From Trichodelitschia bisporula (lineage: Eukaryota): 64,000 nt of DNA. The notes below the pieces were generated by a model that worked only from the letters and a program-made list of their open reading frames with translations, was not told where the DNA came from and made no database searches. The stretch is from contig ML996688.1 in the NCBI GenBank assembly GCA_010356995.1, forward strand, positions 434,001-498,000, read 5' to 3'. Both the position numbers and the translations under genes were made by a program. Shown here piece by piece: positions 55,040 to 64,000 of the stretch. How positions within the stretch are numbered: the stretch's first letter is position 1; every line of letters begins with the position of its first letter.

Positions 55040-56707
55040 CGGCGGGCTTGCCAGCTGGTGATTTGTCGCCCATAAGCGCTGCTAGTAGTGAGCAGGGAGC
55101 CGTGTTGGACCTGGCGACAATAACCGACGAGAATTCTCACCACGCTGTAACACAGACTATTCCAGGGCCTGTTGCACGGCTTGTCAGCCAAAGTACCGGG
55201 TTCACCCGGACGACTGAAATGCTCACGACATCTCGAGTCGTGAGTATGCGACACGTTTCAGTTTATAGGCACGAGTTGACTGTTGGAAGTGGCATCGGCG
55301 TTGCGAGCATCCCGAACACCGACATCGGCTGAATCAGACGAATAAGGGCTACAGCTGGCCTGAGAATGCAATGCGCATCAACGACGGGATGTTCTTTTGG
55401 TAATTACTGATCCATGAGTCCGACGGCTCGTACGCTATTCCTCCCAGATCCGCACAAATCCTCGCCTTCCATCTACCGTTCCTGCCGACCTCATTCTGGA
55501 CGCGGTCACACAGCGCTGTCATCTCGACACCCTCCCTCGGGAGAGTTGCTCGTAACCGCGATGGCGATGGCGATGCGATACGGCCAGGTGCGGGGGGCGG
55601 GGGAGGGGCTGAGGTGGTGTTGGCCCAGGGTGTTCGATCGGGAGGGAGGCGGTTTCGGGCTGCGCCACAGAGGCCAACGAGGCGGAGAGGGGCAAGCCCA
55701 GCACGCCCAGGTGTTTATTGCTGGGGACGCCTTATGTGATGGGGAAATCCGCGACAGGCTTATGGCTTTTCGTCGCCGACCTGACTGTCGTCACGCTTCG
55801 GTTCTTTCAGGGGGGCATCGTGGATGGATAATATCGCCGGGACTGTTTCCTACTCCGGACGGATCTATCGGACTACGGATGTATTGACAACACCAACGCC
55901 AACATCCCCCACCAGGCTTGTTGTTGCAGAAACAACTGCCCTCTCAGGGAGGCGAGGCCAGCCAAGGATGCGCCGTCAATGCATGCAGAGGTTGGGACAA
56001 GGCCGTGGCGTCCACGGCTCAGCCCCGGCTTAGCAGGCTGCTCCAGGCAGGGGAGGCCACAATGTGGGGCTTCTCTTTGGCTGTTGCGGCTATTTTGGGG
56101 TGCGTGGCTCGGCTCCCCACCCGCCGCCGAACAGCCTTGCCCCGGGAAATGGTGGAAGCTGCCATACCCATGTTGGTAACTGCAGGACGTCCAACTTCCA
56201 TCCACTGTCACCCATCACTGCGGCTGCTCTGCTCGCTCCGCTCTGCCATGATCAAAGGGCGCACGTCACCCATTGCCCTATGATGTTTTAGTGCTAATCC
56301 GACTTACGACGCCACTCCCGTCTCCCGCGTGTGCCGGAGATATGCTGGTGTGATGCGCGCACAGCGACAGCTCGCCAGGGGGATGGGTCAAGGCTCTCAC
56401 ATATGCCCGCACAAGCCCACCGCAACGTGAACTCGGCCTCCACTGCTGCTGTCTGCCTGATCTTTTTGCTTCCTATTGCTGAGGCCCTGCTGCTCTTTTA
56501 CACGTTAATTCCTCAGAGGAGGCTCATGAGGCCCAGAATAGTCATCGTCGAGCACTGCCTGCGTTCTGCATGTTTCACATCCTTCCTAATGTCGTTCTAA
56601 TCCTGTTTATGGCTATTTTACCAATCTCCTCCCAACAGGCCGCCTTTCCGTCGATTTTGGACATTTGAGATTATCCAACAGCTCGCCTTACCACGTCTGA
56701 CTGCAGC

Positions 56708-57504
56708 ATGGCGTCGTCAGAGGTTTCTCACGCCGCCTTACCGCAGTCCAGCGCTGCATCTATCAACCGCCGTAGCCTCTCCATCTTCAGCCGTCGTGGC
56801 ACCGAAACTCCTGTCCTAACTACCCAAGCTCTCGCCGTATCAAGCATGGCTATCGCCTTCCCACCTACACCGCTAACTTCGGCTTTCACGCCTACCGCGA
56901 CCATGGCTCCTCCTCAGCAGAAGCGCTGGAGACTACGGAAAAGCGACCCGCGCCTCGAGGGAACTATCTTGCGCGCCGTCCCACCGGTTTCTGGACCAAA
57001 ACTCACGCCGCTCGAGGTCGAAATGGCAACGTCACCTAACGAGGAGATTTTGCGCATGATCGGCGCTGCCCCGCCAGAAGAGCCGGAATTGCACCGCATG
57101 GCCTCTGTGAGCACGGCTAGCTTTTCACCCTCCGATGCTCCCAGTTCCCCGTCGCGACGTCAGTCGCGGCGTGACCGCCGCACCCACAGCCAGGGTGATA
57201 TCATCGGCGTATGGAAGGACGGCAAGACGCAATGGGACTCCAGCCGGCTCTCGGAACCTCCCACTATCACGGGCGGAGACTATCTTTCCCACTCACCATC
57301 AAAACTCCAGAAGCCGAAGATCCAGGTCACCATCCCGAACAACTTTGCCCAGCGCCGGCCCTTCTCTTTCGTCCCCTTCTCCAAGCCTTCCGGACCCGTC
57401 CACCCTAAGGGCATCACCGTCTCCCACACGATCACGCAGGATGTATCACCCATCTCCCCCGTGGCCAGCAACAACTACTACAACAATAACAACAACAACA
57501 ACAA

Positions 57505-57549
<45 letters not shown>

Positions 57550-57556
57550 TAGCAAT

Positions 57557-57641
<85 letters not shown>

Positions 57642-59963
57642 ACAGCCACAGCCACATCCTCACCTCCGCCTCGCCCACCTTCCAACACCCCCACCAACCC
57701 CACCCCCGCCGCTCATTCCTCCCCTCCACCGCCTCCATCCTCGAAGAATCCGCCCCCATAAAACCCGCCTCAACAAGCTCCTCCTCAGACGACGAGCGTT
57801 CCTCCCGCCCCTCCGCCCGCTCCAGCATGACAAGCATGCACTCCGGCCCCAAGCGCATCGAAACAACAACCTACCACAGCCCCACCACCCCGCCTCTCTC
57901 CCCCCTCGCGGCCCCAGTGCCACGTCGCGCCTCGGACGCCAATGCAGCCCCCAAAATGGCCGACATAGTCCGCCTCATGCGCGAACCCAGCGTCCCCCCC
58001 CCTCCCCGGAGGCGCATGTCCTCCCGCCGCGGCAACAAGCTCCTCACCAAGCTGCACACCGACCCAAGCCCCACCCTCAGCGAAGCCGAGCGCGACCTAG
58101 AATCGCACCTCGGCAGCCTCTCCCCCGTCGACCAAGCCCTGCCCGCCTGGGCCCTCGCCCGCGCCGCCGCCACGCCCCCGCCCATGCCCCGCCGGTCCTC
58201 CAAGCGGCGCTCCGCGGCGCTCCCCGCGCGCCCCGTCCGCAAGCCCGTCGGCGGCTGGGTGCGGTTCGCGGAGCCGCTGCGCGCCCACCGCGGCCCGGTT
58301 GCGCAGTGCATCATTGGGCCTGCGGTGGTTGGGGGGGTGATTCGCGCGATGCTTGATGCGGCGGGGTGTTTGGCGGATTTGTGGGCGCTGGCGAGGGTGA
58401 GTCATGGGTTTTATGGCGTGTTTAAGGAGGAGGAGGGGGGGCTTGTGAGGGGGGTGGTTGGGAGGCAGTGTCCGGCTGCGGCGGAGTGGGTGCAGAGTGC
58501 GGTGGAGGCGGGGGATGGGGAGGATGAGGAGAGGGTGCGCGAGGTGGGCGCGGCGGAGTGGGTTAGGACGTATGGGTATGGGGCGAGGGTGGTTAATGGG
58601 GTTAAGCGCGTGCTTGCGGCGAGGTGTGCGGGGTGTTTGAGGCCGGAGATGCTGGCGGAGTGTGCGGCTGCTCCGGCGGATGAGGTTTTCGATCCGCTGA
58701 GGGAGGGGGGAAGTGGACGTGTTGATGCTGCGCTGTGGCGTATGTGGACGTTCGCGGGGGTATTTGGGCGACAGGGGCGTGCCGGGGATACGGTTGCGCA
58801 AAGGGACTGGCTACGTGGTGGGGAAATGGCGCATGCCGAGGGGTGCAGCGGGAGCATTATCGGCGCAGATGCGTTCTCCGTCTCCGCGACGCTGCTGGGT
58901 GCGCGTGAGTGGTTTGGCGCCGGGAACGGGCGCTCCGGACTCTCGCCCGAAGAGCTGTGGGATCTGGGCGAGGTGTGGGAGGCACTCACGGGGTTGCTAG
59001 CCGGCGACGAGGGCCTGCTGGGTCGCACGGATCTGGCGCGCGGGTATGGTGTGTATGACGCGCTGGGCGTGGAAGGCGGGGACGTTGAGCGCGAGGAGGA
59101 GATGCTTGGTTTGTCTTTCCTTCTTCCTTCTTTGAACCACCAAGCTAATCTCCCCCGCAGCCGAATGGCACGCCCACCTCCTCACCCTCGGCCTCTCCCC
59201 CCTCCTCGCCCTCGCCTCCGCATCCTCCACGCCCTCCACCCCCGCCACCATCGCCAACGTCCCCGCCTCCGTCTCCGCACCTTACGCCCTTGCCCGCGCC
59301 TCCGGCTGGACGAATTGGATCCCGCCGCCGGGGGCCTCGACGCGGCGCGGCTTCCTGGGCGCGGCGGTGCGGGCTGCGTACGAGGAGCGGCTGGCCGAGG
59401 CCTTTGCGCCCGAGGTACCAAGGCGGATGAAGGCGGTGGCTGTCCCCGTGTTGCAGCGGGAGCAGAGTCGCGGGCCGGTGTATGGCGGGGAGTGGCCTAG
59501 GCGGGGAGGGAGCGTGGGGTCTGCGGGGGAGGGCGTGCAGCGCGGGAGTTTGGATGTTGGCGTGGGCAGTGTGAGGGGGAGTCTGCGGTACAGTCTTTAC
59601 TCGGTGTCGACAAGGTGGGAGCCGGAGATGGAGCCGGAGCACGTGGATGGACTGGGGATTGCTGTGCCGGCTACGCCGACGGACGGCACAATGTACCCGC
59701 CAATGCCGGTGTCGCCGCCGCCGCCGCCGCCGCCCGCTGGGCATCCGGCGCTTGGGGAGGAGGACCCGCCGGCGTATTTTGGGGATGAGGGGATGCCCGG
59801 GGATGGGGCGTTGAATTCGGCGGAGAGGGCGATATTCCGGATTGTGGAGATGGGGTTTACGCCGGCGCAGGCGAAGGGCGCGTTGAAGATTACGGATATG
59901 GGGGATGGTTTGAGGGTGGATCGGGCGGTGGAGGTTTTGCTTAGGGGGTTGAAGATGCGGTGA
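56708..59963 (+). CDS. Fungal hypothetical protein with disordered N-half, (NS)n tract, globular domain and C-terminal UBA domain
   Basis: Long ORF. Intron 59109-59160 (GTTTGT..GCTAAT..CAG) joins in frame to the exon ending IVEMGFTPAQAKGALKITD...VDRAVEVLL (UBA MGF motif). Confidence 0.85.
57482..57645 (+). repeat. Coding microsatellite (AAC)n followed by (AACAGC)n, encoding poly-Asn then (Asn-Ser)n
   Basis: Read directly; in frame within the UBA gene. Confidence 0.95.
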
Positions 59964-60655
59964 TGGAGAGGTTATGATGATACGGCCGTTGCATCTTTTC
60001 CTTGGTGTGATTGGGAGAGCGTTGTATACAGGCCGGTCGGGACACAGGTTGGAGCGATATACCCCATCGTTGGCTTTTTCTTTGTTCTAAGCTTCTGGTA
60101 CATGGATCGAGGGCAAAAGTTTCTTGAGTGGTGATGAGTAATGCACATTTAGCTCATGCTTGGGATCGGACTGGAGGTGTCGTGAGGTCGTGTGGTTCGC
60201 GAGCTTCTGGTTTAGGAAGGTGTTCAGCCTTGCTCTTAGGCGGTGAGGTATATCCCCGATGATGGGCTCCCTGGGTGCAATCCCTGAAACCGAACGCCGA
60301 TTATCCGTGCGGTGAACTCCAAGATCTGGTCCGGGCATGGCTTGAAAGGCGGGAGTGAAGCTGTAACCTGAAGGCGAACAAGGCTGTCCGATACAGAACG
60401 GCAAGGCTGTGGAGCCTCATCCCCTCACGTGGAATTCTCTACCACCACATAGAATCACGCTCAATGATCCTATTCCATCCCAAATCAACTGTTATCCTAT
60501 CTTTCACGAATCTAGAAGTAACAACTCATTCCCACCACCACTTTCGACTCCCTCCAAAGTCACGTGACACCAAAAAAAAAACCCTCACACAACTTTCCAC
60601 TCATGCCAAACCACCACCACGACACCATCACGACCACACTCCCCCATGGCGCGCA

Positions 60656-62426
60656 ATGCCCCCTCTACCCCCAACCCCCGCCCCCTCCGCCGCCCTCCTC
60701 TCCTTCCTCAAGGCCCAGACTAGCCGGCCCCTCACCACGCCGCCCGTCCTCCCCGCAACCGCAATCTGTCTCCGCATCCGCAGACCCTCGACCGCGCGCT
60801 TCCTCCCCGCATCGCTACACACCGCACACTTCTCTACCGCACCGCTGCGCCCTCTCGCCCCGCCTCCGCGGCCACACACACCCTACAATGCGCAAACCTA
60901 TCCCCGCGCCGTACCCCGCCGACCTCTGTCCTCAACTCGAGCAGCCCGCCTCTGGGACTTCCTCAGCCTCAAGCGTCGCCGCCCCTCCCCCTGCCGCCTC
61001 GAAACCATCCGTCCCCTCGCGCCGTACATAGACGACGGCTCCGCCGCCTCGCGCATCGTCAAAACAACCCCGGAGCTGCGTCTCCGCTGCACCGAATTCG
61101 ATGCTTGTGGGAACGTAACCCTCGTAAACGGGGAATTCCGCAAGAGCGAGCTGATCGCGAAATACGGGCTGCTGCCGCGGGACCTAAGGAAGATAGACAG
61201 CAGTATCTTGCCGCATATACTGGTGCGGCCGAGCGCGATATTGTTGAATTTGTTGCACTTAAGGGTGCTGATTAAGTATGACCGCGTACTTGTGTTCGAT
61301 GCGTATGGCAGCTCGGATAGCTACTCGCAGAGCGTCTTCATGTACGACTTGGAGGGCAAACTGCGCTCGCGCGACGCGCGCGCCAACGGGAGCCTGCCCT
61401 ACGAACTGCGCGCCCTGGAAGCGGTCCTCATCTCCGTGACCTCAGGCCTAGAATCCGAATTCGAAGGCGTGCGCGACCCCGTGCTCAAGGTCCTGCGCGA
61501 GCTGGAAGAAGACATCGACAGGGATAAGTTGCGCTACCTACTCGTGTACAGCAAGAAACTGGGCACGTTTGAGCAGAAAGCGCGACTTGTGCGCGATGCG
61601 CTCGACGAGTTACTCGAGGCGGACGACGATTTGGCGGCTATGTATTTGACGGACAAGGCGAAGGGCGGTCAGCGCCGCGAGAGCGATCACACGGAGGTTG
61701 AAATGCTGCTGGAGAGCTACCACAAGGTCGCCGATGAAATCGTCCAAGCGGCCGAGAATCTAGTCTCCAACATCCGCAACACGGAGGAAATGTACGTCCC
61801 CCCCGGAGTGGGCCCCCCCCCCCCCAAATTTACTAACCAACCCCCGCAGCGTAAAAGCCATCCTCGACGCCAACCGCAACGCCCTCATGCTCCTGGAGCT
61901 CCGCTTCAGCATCTGCACCCTCGGCCTCGGGGCAGGGACCTTCATCGCGGCCCTCTACGGCATGAACCTCAAGAACTTCATCGAAGAATCGGATCTCGGG
62001 TTCGGCGCCGTGAGCGTCGCCTGCGCCGCTATCTCCGCTATCGTGCTCTGGCTGGGTCTAGGAAGACTGCGTCGTGTGCAGCGCGTGCGCATGTGGGGCG
62101 AGGGACCGCCGGGGATTGGGCTGAGGGAGAGGAGGGAGGGGTTGCCGCTGCCGGGGGCGCCGGGGGGTGGACTGGGTATGGGTGGTGCGGGAGCCGCGGC
62201 GTCGGCTCATGCACAGGCGCAGGCTCAGGCGCATGCGGCGGCGACGGCGAGACGGGAGCGCTTTGGCGTGCATCAGCAGCAGCATGCGGGGTTCTTTGCC
62301 CGGCGAAGGAAAGCGGTGGAGGCGAGGCATGGGGCGCATGGGGCGGGGCATTCGGCTTCGGCTTCGGCGTCGGGGGCGCATTCGGGCCCAGTCCAGCCTC
62401 CGGTCAGGCCGGCGGGGGAGAGTTAA
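60656..62426 (+). CDS. MRS2: Mitochondrial CorA-family Mg2+ transporter (Mrs2/Lpe10)
   Basis: Presequence-like N-terminus, LLPRDLRKID, LPYELRALEAVL, LDANRN, YGMNL signature, 2 TMs. Intron 61792-61849. An upstream in-frame ATG also lies at 60464. Confidence 0.93.
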
Positions 62427-62809
62427 TGTACCATAGCACGGGCGTTGGGGGGCGTTAATGGGGGAGGGGATGGGATGTACGATGGCTCGCTTCTCTGGGC
62501 ATGGGCATAGCATGGGGTTGTAAGCATAGAACAGTGGAAATAGAACACCGCGAGGCGTGCAATTTATCCTACTACCGAATACCATCCGCTCTTCCTAGCC
62601 TACCTAGCCTACAACCCGCACACAGCCCATTTGCTGGAAACACCGGAAACCGAGAATGAAAGGGTGAAACGGGGGGATGTGAAATGGGGGAAACGATGTA
62701 TGGTGAAAAGCCATTCTAGTGGTGGAGTACATTTCGCTGTCGTTGGGGTGATTGAGAACGCCGGAATGGAGATGAAGAAATGACGTCGATCTAATGTGGA
62801 ATCGGGACG

Positions 62810-62900
62810 GTGTTGAGGGGTCGTTGAGGGTCGTTGAGTCGGAGTCGGGCCGGAGTCGAGCGATAGTCGAGCCGTGTCGAGCCGAGTCGAGCCGAATTCG
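62810..62900. repeat. Degenerate ~10-nt tandem repeat (GAGTCGAGCC / GTCGTTGAGG)
   Basis: Read directly between the convergent MRS2 and MORN-RING 3' ends. Confidence 0.7.
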
Positions 62901-63118
62901 CATCGTCGCAGTCGTGATAGCTCCACGTCCCGAGTCCAGCCCAACGGAGCCCACAAACGAACACAGAAAAGAAACCTCAAGCAACACACAAAAGCAATTG
63001 AAAGTAAACCATGAAAAGCACACCCATCGATAGAACACCCGCATCATCATCTAGACCGTAACCTCAAAGCACAACGCGCCATCTTCCGCAGACATAAAAT
63101 GCACCCAGCACCCAGCCC

Positions 63119-64000
63119 CTAACTGACATAAAACAACTTCATCACACTCAGAACCCTCTTCCGACACACCGGGCACTGATCCATCCGCTTCGCACACCCC
63201 AGGCACGCAACCACATGCCCACAGTCATAGAACGCCGCCTCAGCCCCCTCATCCCAGCAAATGCGGCAAAGCCGCTCCGTCTCCTGCGCCACCTTCCACG
63301 TCGTCACGCCCTCGCCATGGCGCTTATCATGCCGCCAACCCCCCTCGTACTTATTCCCCGTTGACGCCTCCACGTACTGCCCCTGCCCATGCTGCATCCC
63401 GCGCTCCCACGTCCCCTCGTATACATCCCCATTCGCATACACCATCACACCGTCGCCCTGCCGCTCGCCCAACACAAACGACCCGCGGTAGCTATTCCCA
63501 TTGTGATACACGCGGTGCCCGATGCCGTGCGCCTGCCGCGCAACCATGTCGCCCTCGTACCGCTCCGTGCTGAAGTAATCGAGGATGAAGCGGCCGGAGC
63601 ACCAATTTGGGAAGTTGCGCAGATCGCTGCGCGCGCGCAGGAAGTGTGTGATGTCGGTGTGGAGGCCGCGCTCGCGGAGCTCGTTGGCGATTTCGTCTGG
63701 CATCTGTGGCTGGACGATGATAATGGCTCCACAACGCAGTTCCTCGTCGGCGAAGGTCTTGCGACGACGCAGCGAGTGGGCTGCGTCCGTGGCGTTTTCC
63801 TCCCACAGCTGGAGGGCTGTGTCCTTGCCGGAGGAGAGCAACTTGTTTACGGTGTGGTCGATGCGGGCCGATTTCCTCGCCATGTAGGTGCCCTTGTGCA
63901 CCAGCTGTTGGGTCGCGGGTTTGAAGACCTTGAGGAAGAAGATGATATCCTCAGCGCGGGCGGGAATAGCGGCTGGTGGCGGCGGCGGCGGGATTGAGAG
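63119..64000 (-). CDS. C-terminal part of a MORN-repeat / RING (C3HC4) protein; 5' end outside the window
   Basis: Frame is open from the window edge. Four MORN repeats (YEGD..QAHGIG, YRGSF..GERQGDG, YEGTW..GMQHGQG, YEGGW..DKRHGEG), then CRIC..CGHVVAC..C..CPVCR. Confidence 0.9.
   Translation of the reverse strand, partial: LSIPPPPPPAAIPARAEDIIFFLKVFKPATQQLVHKGTYMARKSARIDHTVNKLLSSGKDTALQLWEENATDAAHSLRRRKTFADEELRCGAIIIVQPQMPDEIANELRERGLHTDITHFLRARSDLRNFPNWCSGRFILDYFSTERYEGDMVARQAHGIGHRVYHNGNSYRGSFVLGERQGDGVMVYANGDVYEGTWERGMQHGQGQYVEASTGNKYEGGWRHDKRHGEGVTTWKVAQETERLCRICWDEGAEAAFYDCGHVVACLGCAKRMDQCPVCRKRVLSVMKLFYVS

Overview
Gene-dense, GC-rich region of a filamentous ascomycete genome (Dothideomycete-like, by inference), with short GT-AG introns of mostly 44-60 nt. 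I can support 17 protein-coding genes: a small 3-exon Cys/His-rich orphan, ARG5,6, SNC1, a GH76 Dcw1/Dfg5 mannanase, glucokinase, a Svl3/Pam1-like ApbA protein, SUB2, DBF2, a PIB1-like FYVE-RING protein, DSS1/cyt-4, cnxG, a Zn2Cys6 transcription factor, an MFS transporter, an SRR1-like protein, SHB17, a UBA-domain protein and MRS2/LPE10. An 18th gene (MORN-RING) is cut off by the window end. I found no tRNA, rRNA, CRISPR array or intact transposon. Four signals stand out beyond the ORF track. (1) A 180-codon AUG-free, in-frame leader upstream of glucokinase encodes a transmembrane helix, suggesting a non-AUG-initiated membrane-anchored isoform. (2) A box C/D snoRNA with rRNA-complementary guides sits in the cnxG 5'-UTR intron. 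(3) A ~105-nt rod hairpin in SNC1 intron 1 buries a competing, truncating 3' splice site. (4) SUB2 intron 1 is 412 nt and heavily base-paired. Exon boundaries were derived by eye, and family assignments come from recognised motifs, not database searches.
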